A DNA stretch of 64,000 bases, taken from Candidatus Wolfebacteria bacterium. Its GTDB lineage: Bacteria > Patescibacteriota > Minisyncoccia > UBA6257 > UBA9933. Positions 20,549 through 29,484 of the stretch are shown piece after piece (within the stretch, counting starts at the first letter, position 1; each line of letters begins with the position of its first letter). The stretch covers positions 23,823 through 87,822 of the forward strand of contig JACRPK010000001.1 in NCBI GenBank assembly GCA_016214005.1. Direction: 5' to 3'. Made by a program: the position numbers and the translations under genes. Under the pieces are notes generated by a model. It searched no databases. It was not told the DNA's origin and saw nothing but the letters and a program-made list of their open reading frames with translations.

Positions 20549-21339
20549 GAAAATTGCGAGCTATAATTCTTGGCGTAAAACTCTTGGCTTCTTTGTTTTT
20601 GTTTAAGTTGCGCAAAGAAACTTTTAAGGTGTCTTTAGCGTCTTCAATTTTGCTTCATTTTGCCAAAGCAATAAAATCCGATGTCAGCTTTTCTACTACG
20701 CCAGAACAGCAAAAAAGGATTATTTCTAAATTTGCCAAAATGAGTCGACTAATCAATGACGCGTTGGAATCAGAAAATATATCACAAGAGAAATTGTTTA
20801 AAATTGTTCAAAACAATAGTCAGGAAATGCATGGCGGCGTTGGAGAAATTACTCGTTCATTTTCCGACATTAAATCTATCGTAGCCAAATCACCTCACCT
20901 TAATGAATTCCTAGAAAACGTAGAGAAATCTTGGAAGGCAAATGATTTGCGGAATATCAAATCAAACAGGAGCTCAGAGATATCACATGATAACATTTTA
21001 AAAGCTACCAAAGAGAGCGGTGGATATTTTTTCCTTGCACTTACTTATTTGTTAAATCCGAAAGGGTTGGACGAAGGGATGAAAGAAGCCATATATAATA
21101 GTGGCGTCTGGTTTCAGTTTTTAGATGACTATAGAGATAGAAAAGAAGATATTTCCAAGAAAAATACCCTATTTACTGAGACAAGCGACCCGCATGAAGA
21201 ATTGCTAAAAAAGTATGTGGCGGAATCTATAACAGAAATTAAAAAAGCTATTGGCGAACAGCACGCTCTGATTAGATTTATGGAAAATCTTACCATGCTG
21301 GTACTTTTGCTTGATTTTGCAAAACTTGACTGGAAATAA
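20545..21339 (+). CDS. Hypothetical protein, possible class I isoprenoid synthase fold
   Basis: KESGGYF...GVWFQFLDDYRD resembles the second DDxxD region of prenyltransferases. Confidence 0.45.
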   Translation: MRKLRAIILGVKLLASLFLFKLRKETFKVSLASSILLHFAKAIKSDVSFSTTPEQQKRIISKFAKMSRLINDALESENISQEKLFKIVQNNSQEMHGGVGEITRSFSDIKSIVAKSPHLNEFLENVEKSWKANDLRNIKSNRSSEISHDNILKATKESGGYFFLALTYLLNPKGLDEGMKEAIYNSGVWFQFLDDYRDRKEDISKKNTLFTETSDPHEELLKKYVAESITEIKKAIGEQHALIRFMENLTMLVLLLDFAKLDWK

Positions 21340-21340
21340 T

Positions 21341-21850
21341 ATGCCTTACCAAACAAAAAAATCGGTTGAGAAAATAGAAGATAAATCAAAAGATTATCGA
21401 ATTCTTTTCTCGATTTTAAGTGGGTATAATTCGCACATAATAACGATTGTCATGATTGGGCATTTGTTGACAGAACATCTCCTAGACAAAATTATCACTA
21501 CTAAATACAAAAATACGAAAGCGGCTTTGCGGAAAAGTTTTTCGGAAAAATTAAAGATTCTTTATCTAGAATGGCTGCCATTATTTATTTACAAAAACAT
21601 AAAACTTTTGAATAAGGCCAGAAATGATATAGCGCATAACTTGGGTACCAGTGATCACAAACCAATTATCTATATTCCAAAGGGCGAACAGGAAATTCTT
21701 AACATTCCCAGAAGAAAGAATAAAGAAAAGTTTTACTTTAAGCATTTAATAAATACGGTTTTATTTGATTTAGTAAACCATTCTTATCATTCCTTAAAGA
21801 TTTCAGCGGATACAGATTTAAATCATATCTTTCGTTTGAATAGAAAATAA
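21341..21850 (+). CDS. HEPN-like (MtlR/DUF4145-type) protein with HsdS-like N-terminus
   Basis: HLLTEHLL and SFSEKL motifs, RNDIAH (Rx4H); starts MPYQTKK. Confidence 0.55.
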   Translation: MPYQTKKSVEKIEDKSKDYRILFSILSGYNSHIITIVMIGHLLTEHLLDKIITTKYKNTKAALRKSFSEKLKILYLEWLPLFIYKNIKLLNKARNDIAHNLGTSDHKPIIYIPKGEQEILNIPRRKNKEKFYFKHLINTVLFDLVNHSYHSLKISADTDLNHIFRLNRK

Positions 21851-21851
21851 T

Positions 21852-22325
21852 ATGTCTTACCCAACAAAAAAATTAGAAGAAATTTCACAATTAGTGCACG
21901 AGGCACTTAAGTGGATTTCTGATAACGATAGCGGGATATGGTCTACATCAGAGTGGAACATTTGCAGTCATTTAAGTGGCCTACTCCGCGAGCGGTTCAA
22001 AGATTTTGATGTGGATGTCGAATTAATAAAGCGCGATGGTCGCCGTCCTGATATTGTCATTCATGGCCGCGGTCACAACGAAAATAATCTGGTTGTTTTT
22101 CAAGTAAAGAAAAAGCCCAGCTATCAAGACATTGTTGAAGATTTAAAAAAGATAACAGAAACATTTTTCGATGAACCATATAAGTATGCTTACGGAATAT
22201 TTATTTCTATTGGAGAACTTCCTGATAAACTTCCAGAATTTGACAAAAGTAAAATACGTATCCATTCCGTAAGCGGGTGGAAATTAATAACGGATGAGGA
22301 GTGGAAAGAAAAGTATCAATTATGA
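21852..22325 (+). CDS. PD-(D/E)XK nuclease-like protein with HsdS-like N-terminus
   Basis: SEWNI...VDVE...RPDIVIH...VFQVKK; starts MSYPTKKLEEI. Confidence 0.6.
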   Translation: MSYPTKKLEEISQLVHEALKWISDNDSGIWSTSEWNICSHLSGLLRERFKDFDVDVELIKRDGRRPDIVIHGRGHNENNLVVFQVKKKPSYQDIVEDLKKITETFFDEPYKYAYGIFISIGELPDKLPEFDKSKIRIHSVSGWKLITDEEWKEKYQL

Positions 22326-23206
22326 TTTGGCCAACAAAAAAATTAGGAGAAATTATACGGTATGCTTTCAAGGGCTTGATGCGAGTTATTGCCTCACGAA
22401 AATCTACTATTAGCAACGAAGTGTCAACACCCAAAGTCACTATTCCTATAAGTCAGTCAACTGGGCAAAAAGCGCAAAGGCCAGAAAACGAATTGCCCGC
22501 TCAAGAAACTATCAAAACAGAAGAAGTGGCCGCCAGTTTTTTAATTTGTCCTATTCAGGGTAACGATTCAAGTGGAGCACCTCTTACTCCATACACTGTA
22601 AAAATTAGTGCGGTTTTGGATCATTCTAGCACGGCTATTGATCCCGACAGTAATAGACATTGGGGTAAAAATGCGAAAGACCAAAAAGTTAAAGCTTTCA
22701 ATGGAGAAATAGGAGAAGGTGCGCAATGTCCTCAAGAACCCTGCGGTTATCCCAAAAAAGATGGCGGTGAGTTTTTTCAAAACAAAGAAATTAACTATGT
22801 GGGAGTTTCGTATGATGGCGGGAAAAATACTTTACAATACGACGGTCATGCCGGCTATGATTTTTCGTATCCAAAGTTTACGCCCGTAGTAGCACCGGCA
22901 GATGGCAAATTATATAAAGCTGCGCAGGGCAAAGATCTTATATATGGGGCGAATTGGAATACTGACGGCTCTTTTTATATTGTCCATGAGAATGGTTTTG
23001 TAACATGGTTTCGCCATTGTGAAAAATTAGCCGATTCTTTAGAAACGCAAATCTTAAATGATTTTACACAATTTTGCGCCGTAACGCGGGGCGATGTCAT
23101 TGCTTATGTAGGGAATAAAGGAACGCGTCCAGTCCATCTGCATTTTGAGGTAAGGGATAAAGACGGGGAAATTGTTGATCCGTATAAAGACAAACTATGG
23201 AAGTAG
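22322..23206 (+). CDS. M23-family metallopeptidase with HsdS-like N-terminus
   Basis: HAGYD (HxxxD), VVAPADG and HLHFEVR (HxH) motifs; starts MIWPTKKLGEII. Confidence 0.8.
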   Translation: MIWPTKKLGEIIRYAFKGLMRVIASRKSTISNEVSTPKVTIPISQSTGQKAQRPENELPAQETIKTEEVAASFLICPIQGNDSSGAPLTPYTVKISAVLDHSSTAIDPDSNRHWGKNAKDQKVKAFNGEIGEGAQCPQEPCGYPKKDGGEFFQNKEINYVGVSYDGGKNTLQYDGHAGYDFSYPKFTPVVAPADGKLYKAAQGKDLIYGANWNTDGSFYIVHENGFVTWFRHCEKLADSLETQILNDFTQFCAVTRGDVIAYVGNKGTRPVHLHFEVRDKDGEIVDPYKDKLWK

Positions 23207-23210
23207 AATT

Positions 23211-24359
23211 ATGACCTATCCAACAAAAAAATTAGGAGAGGTTGCAGAGGTGATAATGGGGCAATCGCCGCCTTCATCCAGTTACAACGAACAAGGCAAA
23301 GGATTGCCGTTTTTTCAGGGCAAGGCTGAATTTGGGGAGATTTATCCTGCCCCAGTTAAATATTGCTCATCTCCAAGTCGTATTGCTGAGGCGAATGATG
23401 TTTTAATATCTGTCCGCGCACCAGTAGGAAATATCAATATCGCAAGAGAAAAATCTTGTGTCGGTCGTGGTCTCGGAGCTCTCCGTGCAAAAAAGAACAT
23501 TTTAAATCAGATGTTCCTGTTTTATTTCATGAAAAAGAATGAAAATAATTGGTCTCGACTTTTAACTGGGAGCACATTTTCCGCAATCAAGGGAAGTAGT
23601 TTGAAAAACTTTGGAATCCCTCTCCCGCCCCTCGAAATCCAAAAACAAATCGTTGAGCGGTTGGATAAGATTGTTGAGGCGCAGAAATTGAATGACGACC
23701 TCATCCAAAAAGCCGACGAGCTTTTCCAGTCACTTTTACATAAAGAACTCAACCCGGTCGGTAAGGATTGGGATATTAAAAAATTGAGTGAAATTGGAGA
23801 AATTGTTACAGGAAATACTCCATCTACAAAGAACGGCGATTACTGGAATGGAGAATTTTTATGGGCAACGCCAACAGATATTAAAGAGAATACATTTATA
23901 CTTACAGATACGCCAAAGAAATTAAGCCACGAAGGATACGAAAAGACCCGCCCTGTGCCTCAGAACGCGATTCTGGTAACTTGTATTGCTTCTATCGGTA
24001 AAATGGCAATCGCTGGTAAAGAAATGGCGACCAACCAACAGATCAACTCGATAGTATGTAATAAAGACAACGATCCGCTTTTTATATTTTTCTCGCTTCA
24101 AAAAGATAAAAAGAAACTTATATCACTTGGGAAAACTACCGCAGTACCAATAATAAATAAAAGTGAATTTGGACGAATTAAAATTTTCCTTCCCCCTCTC
24201 GAAACCCAAAAACAAATCGTCGCTAAACTTTCCGCGGTTCAGGACTATAAAAAACAGCTTCTTGAGCAAAAAATGAAATTTAAAGAGTTGTTTGATTCTG
24301 CTTTGGCGGAGTCAATGACGAGCGAGAAAAGTCGAAAGTCGTCAGAGTTTTTGATCTGA
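23211..24359 (+). CDS. hsdS: Type I restriction-modification specificity subunit (orphan in this window)
   Basis: Two TRDs, each followed by (P/F)LPPLE(I/T)QKQIV; GQSPPS and GNTPST TRD starts. Confidence 0.93.
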   Translation: MTYPTKKLGEVAEVIMGQSPPSSSYNEQGKGLPFFQGKAEFGEIYPAPVKYCSSPSRIAEANDVLISVRAPVGNINIAREKSCVGRGLGALRAKKNILNQMFLFYFMKKNENNWSRLLTGSTFSAIKGSSLKNFGIPLPPLEIQKQIVERLDKIVEAQKLNDDLIQKADELFQSLLHKELNPVGKDWDIKKLSEIGEIVTGNTPSTKNGDYWNGEFLWATPTDIKENTFILTDTPKKLSHEGYEKTRPVPQNAILVTCIASIGKMAIAGKEMATNQQINSIVCNKDNDPLFIFFSLQKDKKKLISLGKTTAVPIINKSEFGRIKIFLPPLETQKQIVAKLSAVQDYKKQLLEQKMKFKELFDSALAESMTSEKSRKSSEFLI

Positions 24360-24464
24360 AATAATTTATGGAAATTGAATCAAAACAATAAATTTTAGAA
24401 CGGCAGAAAGAGATTGAGCAGAAATTATATAATTTTAGAAAATATATGATATAATATTATAAAT

Positions 24465-25127
24465 ATGTCGCTCCTTTTTATTCCAAAAAAATACAGCGTG
24501 GAAAGCAAGCGGGAAGCCGTTGCTTCGCTTTTGGAAAACACTGTCCCCGACAGAGATTTTTATCTTTTGGTAATCGGCGCCATTATTCTTGCCTCCTGCG
24601 GAATATTGACTGACAGCATCCCTGTTCTTATCGCGAGTATGATCGTTGCGCCGCTCGCGTATCCGATTCTTTCCATGGCTCTTGCCATACCGGCGCGCGA
24701 CGGAAAACTCTTTCTCCGCTCGCTTTTCATGCTTTTAATTTCAATCGCGCTCGCTATTATCGTTGCTGGATTCTTTTCGTTGTTTGCGAAAAGCTATTTT
24801 GATGTTGCCGAGCGCGTGTTCATCTCCTTTTTCCCGAATGTCTTTTTTGACTTGATGATTGCGATTGTCGCGGGCGTCATTGCCGCTTATGGTCTTATCC
24901 GCGTAAAAGTTGGAGAGGCCATGACCGGTATTGGTATCGCGGTATCGCTTATGCCGCCTTTGGTCGCCACTGGCATCGGCTTGTTTGATCCGGTAAATAG
25001 TCTGGCGTTTCGCGCGGGGAGCATATTTCTTCTAAATGTTGCCGGAATTCTCGCTGGAAGCATGATCACGTTTTTGATTTTCGGTTTGTATAAAGAACGC
25101 GGCGCTATAAAAAATAATTTGAATTAA
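24465..25127 (+). CDS. DUF389-family membrane protein
   Basis: IASMIVAPL and GIGIAVSLMPPL motifs; multi-TM. Confidence 0.8.
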   Translation: MSLLFIPKKYSVESKREAVASLLENTVPDRDFYLLVIGAIILASCGILTDSIPVLIASMIVAPLAYPILSMALAIPARDGKLFLRSLFMLLISIALAIIVAGFFSLFAKSYFDVAERVFISFFPNVFFDLMIAIVAGVIAAYGLIRVKVGEAMTGIGIAVSLMPPLVATGIGLFDPVNSLAFRAGSIFLLNVAGILAGSMITFLIFGLYKERGAIKNNLN

Positions 25128-25128
25128 T

Positions 25129-25428
25129 ATGTTCCAAGAATTCGCAAAATTTTTAAAAGAGTTTAATGTTGTCGCTTTGGCGGTCGCGTTTATCATGGGC
25201 GGGGCTTCAACCGCGCTGGTGAACTCTCTGGTCAAGGACGTGCTCATGCCCATCGCCACGCCATTTATGGGAGCGGAGTCGTGGAAGGAAGCATTGTGGC
25301 ATATCGGTCCGGTTACAATCGCCATCGGTTCATTTATCGCCGAGCTTTTTAATTTCCTTATTCTCGCCCTCATAATTTTTATCATCGTCAAAAAGCTTCT
25401 CAAGATGGAAGAAATGGCGAAGAAATAA
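25129..25428 (+). CDS. mscL: Large-conductance mechanosensitive channel
   Basis: EFAKFL..NVVALAVAFIMG..LVKDVLMP; GSFIAELFNFLI. Confidence 0.85.
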   Translation: MFQEFAKFLKEFNVVALAVAFIMGGASTALVNSLVKDVLMPIATPFMGAESWKEALWHIGPVTIAIGSFIAELFNFLILALIIFIIVKKLLKMEEMAKK

Positions 25429-25441
25429 TAAATTAAAAAAT

Positions 25442-25711
25442 ATGACGATAATAAATAAAAAAATATGGCCAGAGTACTTTGATGCTGTGGTATCCGGCAA
25501 AAAGAAATACGAATTGCGTTTAAACGACTTTGATGTACAGGAAGGCGACATTTTGGTATTGGAGGAATGGGAACAGAAAACAAAAAAGTACACCGGAAGA
25601 AAGATTGAAAGAAGAGTTACTTATGTCGGTAAATTTAAAATTGATCAATTATTTTGGACGGAAGATGAAATTAAGGGAAAAGGAATTCAGATTATTTCTT
25701 TAGAAGAATAA
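25442..25711 (+). CDS. DUF3850/ASCH-like protein
   Basis: KIWPEYFDAVVSGKKKYELRLND...GDILVLEEW. Confidence 0.8.
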   Translation: MTIINKKIWPEYFDAVVSGKKKYELRLNDFDVQEGDILVLEEWEQKTKKYTGRKIERRVTYVGKFKIDQLFWTEDEIKGKGIQIISLEE

Positions 25712-25724
25712 AATTTAATAAACT

Positions 25725-28157
25725 ATGAAACAAAAAATCACCGGCTTCTTAGTTATAATTTCACTGCTCTTTTCTCCAACATCTTTTATTTTTGCCCAAA
25801 CATTGGATGCAACTGCGCCGACAACTGACACCACGACTGCCACTGAACCAGCTCCTGAACCTGCCACCACGGAGCCGGCGCCGACAACTGATACCGCTCC
25901 GGTTGAAGAAACGGTGGCGCCTCCCGCCGACACCACAGGGCCGGCTTTTATTTCTGTTGCCACTGCTTCATCTTTAGAGACTGAGGCGACAGTGGTGTGG
26001 ACTACCGATGAGCTCGCTTATGGATTTGTGGAATATGGAGAGACGGCAAGCTATGGTCTTTCTACACCAAAGAGCGCTTCGGCGGCAATGGATCACACCG
26101 TGTCGATTACCGGCTTAACCCCCGGCACCACCTATCACTACCGAATTGTCGCGGAAGACGAGAGCGGCAATATAAGTTATTCGCAAGATCGAACCTTGGA
26201 AACAGCTGTGGAGTTGGTCGCTATAGACAATGTTCCGCCGGAAATCACTAATATCTCCGTGGCGAATATAACGACTTCCGAAGCGACGGTAAGCTGGATG
26301 ACCGATGAATTGGCGCAAGGAAAAATAGAATATGGGAAAACCGCCGAGTATGGCGCATCCTCGCTTTTAACTATAGACTACGCCACCGAACACTCCGCTC
26401 CGCTTTTCAATCTTGATCCAGATACGGAGTATCATTATCGCGTAGTCGCGCAAGATGAATCCGGCAATGAGGCAGTTTCTCCTGATGAGATATTTATTAC
26501 TGACGCGGTTCAGACAATAACTCCGACAGAAGAGCCGGTTGTTGCCGAGCCTGAACCGACAGCTACGACAACGCCAGAGACGGACACATCAACTTCTACA
26601 ACAACGGAGAACACAACTACCACAATAACTTTTGCGATTTCTCACGCTGAAACGGCTTCGATTGGAACGTCCACGGCTATTATAATTTGGAAGACGAACG
26701 AACCAGCGACATCTCAAGTATTTTACGGCGCATCGGAAAATTATGCCTCTTCATCAGCTATTGCGATTGATTTGGCTTTATCCCATGAAATAAAACTCGC
26801 CAGCCTCAAATCAGGAACTAATTATTTTTATAAAGTCGTTTCCAAAAATGCTTTCGGCAAGACGATTGAAAAAATAGGGTTTGAATTTAATACGTTGTAC
26901 AAGCAGAAAATAGTTGCCGTCCCGCCGACGATTTCAGGCATTATAGTAGAGTCAATTGGAACATCTACCGCTACTATTGTGTTCAATACGGATATTCCGG
27001 CAGGCGGAAAAATAAATTATGGAATGACTACGGCGTATGAAGAAACAGATGGCGGACATAATTCATTTTTGGTTAATCATAGTCATCCGCTTTCCGGTTT
27101 AAAACCTAATACTACTTATAATTTTGAAACGATAGTTTGGGACAGTTCGGGCAACGAAAGTATTTATGAAAATGTAACATTCGCCACGCTTTCGAAGGCG
27201 GTATCTCTCAAGCCCGAACTCGAATCTGAACCAGTTGCTGTCGCTCCTGCGCCGGCTCCGAGTCAATCGTTCGGCGGCGGAGGCGGACACTATTACGCGC
27301 CGCCAAAAGTCGTCGGTAAGCCGGTCATCACCAAAGTTGACCCGCGAGACAAAGAAGTTCTTTTCGTCTGGCAAAAAGCAAAGCCCGAGAGCGGGCTTAA
27401 AACGGTTATCGTGAAAAGTGAAAACAGTTATGTTGTTTCGCCAACCCAAGGAACGGAAGTCTATCGCGGCAATAGCGGCAGGTTTACGGATATTAATCTT
27501 AATAATAGCCAGAAATATTATTATTCGGTTTTTCGTATGAGTGAGAGCGGAGCATATTCCATTCCGCTTTATTTTACGGTTATACCAAAACAAGACAAAA
27601 CTCAAACTAAAATTATTGCTACGCCGCCGGTGACGCAAAAGACGCCAATTTATACATTTTTCAAAATCCTTTCTCGGGGGAATCAAAATAAGCAGGTAGA
27701 ACATTTGCAGGTTTTGCTCGCGTCCGAATCATCCATATATCAAAAAGGTTTGATTACGGGATATTTTGGCCCCCTCACGGAGCGGGCGGTCAAAATATTT
27801 CAAAAACGCCATAATCTTTCGGCAACTGGAATTGCGGATGCGACAACGCTCAAGAAATTGGAACAACTCGGGAGCATTGAAGCTGTCAAAGACAAGGCGG
27901 ATGTGTATGGCAAGGCTTTGGCAAGGAATTTGACAGTTGGCCGTGCCGGTGGAGACGTGTCGGTATTGCAACAATTTTTAGTTAATGCTGAAGTCTATCC
28001 TGAGGCTTTGGTGACTGGTTATTTTGGGTCTCTTACCAAAGCGGCCGTGGCAAAATTTCAAAAAGATCAGAATATAAGTCCGGCATCAGGATATTTCGGT
28101 CCTATTACAAAAAAACGCATGCTGAATTTGATCCGCCTCAGGAGCGTTTCATTTTGA
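25725..28157 (+). CDS. Secreted protein with repeated FN3-like domains, Thr/Pro linkers and two C-terminal peptidoglycan-binding domains
   Basis: Signal peptide; 4x W.T.E..GxxxYG...L.PGTTY.Y modules; two TGYFGxLT..AV..FQ PG-binding repeats. Confidence 0.85.
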   Translation: MKQKITGFLVIISLLFSPTSFIFAQTLDATAPTTDTTTATEPAPEPATTEPAPTTDTAPVEETVAPPADTTGPAFISVATASSLETEATVVWTTDELAYGFVEYGETASYGLSTPKSASAAMDHTVSITGLTPGTTYHYRIVAEDESGNISYSQDRTLETAVELVAIDNVPPEITNISVANITTSEATVSWMTDELAQGKIEYGKTAEYGASSLLTIDYATEHSAPLFNLDPDTEYHYRVVAQDESGNEAVSPDEIFITDAVQTITPTEEPVVAEPEPTATTTPETDTSTSTTTENTTTTITFAISHAETASIGTSTAIIIWKTNEPATSQVFYGASENYASSSAIAIDLALSHEIKLASLKSGTNYFYKVVSKNAFGKTIEKIGFEFNTLYKQKIVAVPPTISGIIVESIGTSTATIVFNTDIPAGGKINYGMTTAYEETDGGHNSFLVNHSHPLSGLKPNTTYNFETIVWDSSGNESIYENVTFATLSKAVSLKPELESEPVAVAPAPAPSQSFGGGGGHYYAPPKVVGKPVITKVDPRDKEVLFVWQKAKPESGLKTVIVKSENSYVVSPTQGTEVYRGNSGRFTDINLNNSQKYYYSVFRMSESGAYSIPLYFTVIPKQDKTQTKIIATPPVTQKTPIYTFFKILSRGNQNKQVEHLQVLLASESSIYQKGLITGYFGPLTERAVKIFQKRHNLSATGIADATTLKKLEQLGSIEAVKDKADVYGKALARNLTVGRAGGDVSVLQQFLVNAEVYPEALVTGYFGSLTKAAVAKFQKDQNISPASGYFGPITKKRMLNLIRLRSVSF

Positions 28158-28344
28158 TTGATTAGGATGTTCAGTCAAACGCTCGGAAGTCAGAGAGAGG
28201 GGCGAGCCGAATTGTATTAATAAAATAGCCCCATCAAGGTTATTTTATTTTGCGGTAAAAATTGGTAAAATATAGAAATCATTTTAAATTTTTTTATGGA
28301 TATTGATTGGACTGTATATTGTTAAATTAATAAAAGCTGTTCAA

Positions 28345-29112
28345 ATGGATTTTAGAGAAAAAGTTTTTAAAATCGTTTCTCATATCTCAAAAGGAAATTT
28401 TTTAACTTATAAAAAAGTTGCTGAATTGGTAGGCGAGCCGAAGGCTTATCGGGCGATTGGAAATATTTTAGCGAAAAATAGAAACATAAAAATTCCTTGT
28501 TATCGCGTTATAAGAAACGATAATTTAGTAGGGGGATTTTATGGCGACAAAAATCTTGATTGGCAAAAAACGGCAAGACTTTTAAAAGACGGCGTTATGG
28601 GCGTAATTCCCACAGACACAATTTACGGAATTTGCGCTTCAGCTTTAAATAAAAAATCGGTTGAAAAAGTTTATAAATTAAGGAAAAGAAATCCTAAAAA
28701 GCCGATGATTATTTTAATAAGTTCTTTTGATGATTTAAAATTGTTCGGCGTTGGAATTGATAAAAAAAGAAAAGCGATACTGAAAAAATTTTGGCTTCAA
28801 GGAAAACGATTGAGAAAAATAAGCGTTATTTTAAAATGTCCGCTTAAAAAATTCGCTTATCTTCATCGCGAAACAAAAACTTTGGCTTTCAGATTGTCGA
28901 AAAATAAAGAACTTATCAAAATTTTAAAAATATCCGGACCATTGGTTGCTCCAAGCGCCAATTGGGAGGGTTATAAGCCGGCGCAAAATATCAGTCAGGC
29001 GAAAAAATATTTCGGCGGTAAAGTTTTTTATTTTGACAAAGGAAAGATTATTTCTAAGCCATCGATGCTGGTTGATTTGACAAGCTTGCCGCCTAAAATT
29101 TTACGCAGCTAG
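28345..29112 (+). CDS. Fusion of an MGMT/Ogt-type DNA-binding domain and Sua5/TsaC (threonylcarbamoyl-AMP synthase)
   Basis: TYKKVAE...RAIGNIL..IPCYRV followed in frame by PTDTIYG, KRNPKKP and APSAN. Confidence 0.8.
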   Translation: MDFREKVFKIVSHISKGNFLTYKKVAELVGEPKAYRAIGNILAKNRNIKIPCYRVIRNDNLVGGFYGDKNLDWQKTARLLKDGVMGVIPTDTIYGICASALNKKSVEKVYKLRKRNPKKPMIILISSFDDLKLFGVGIDKKRKAILKKFWLQGKRLRKISVILKCPLKKFAYLHRETKTLAFRLSKNKELIKILKISGPLVAPSANWEGYKPAQNISQAKKYFGGKVFYFDKGKIISKPSMLVDLTSLPPKILRS

Positions 29113-29213
29113 AATATTGACAAAGCTTATTTTTTTGATATATTTAAAAAATAAATGGACCAGGAGGCGTAGTCGAGTTTCTAGGTAAATAAAAAATAAT
29201 AAAAAATAATCAC

Positions 29214-29411
29214 ATGAACGGAACTATCAAAACTCTTACAGATAAAGGATTCGGATTCATTACTCGCGAAGGCGAAACAAAGGATTTATTCTTTCATTCT
29301 AATGAGTTAAAGGGTGTGGCGTTTGATGAATTAAAAGTTGGCGATGCAGTCACCTTTGAAGTCATCACTACTGAAAAAGGCCCAGCTGCCACAAACGTAT
29401 CGCGAGCGTAA
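29214..29411 (+). CDS. Cold-shock protein
   Basis: KGFGFI and DLFFHS RNP motifs, KGPAATNV. Confidence 0.95.
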   Translation: MNGTIKTLTDKGFGFITREGETKDLFFHSNELKGVAFDELKVGDAVTFEVITTEKGPAATNVSRA

Positions 29412-29419
29412 GCGTCGCT

Positions 29420-29453
29420 AATAAAAACCGCTCCTATCGGAGCGGTTTTTATT
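29420..29453. terminator. Rho-independent terminator (bidirectional type)
   Basis: AATAAAAACCGCTCC-TATC-GGAGCGGTTTTTATT. Confidence 0.85.
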
Positions 29454-29484
29454 TATGCAAAAATTGGTATAATTAAATAAAATT

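Larger units (their letters stand above)
18821..24359. mobile_element. tRNA-Asn-adjacent accessory/defence island built on type I R-M remnants; right boundary uncertain, may extend to about 28200
   Basis: Starts right after the tRNA; contains hsdM fragments, a TA pair, nuclease-like ORFs and an orphan hsdS; no integrase seen. Confidence 0.6.

Noticed and set aside
21341-23246. CRISPR array or classical integron explanation for the repeated gene starts
   Set aside because: Spacing is gene-sized, the repeats are coding and non-palindromic, and no cas, intI or attC-like structures were seen.
23619-24220. Direct repeat CCCCTCGAAA.CCAAAAACAAATCGT within hsdS
   Set aside because: This is the ordinary internal duplication of HsdS conserved regions.
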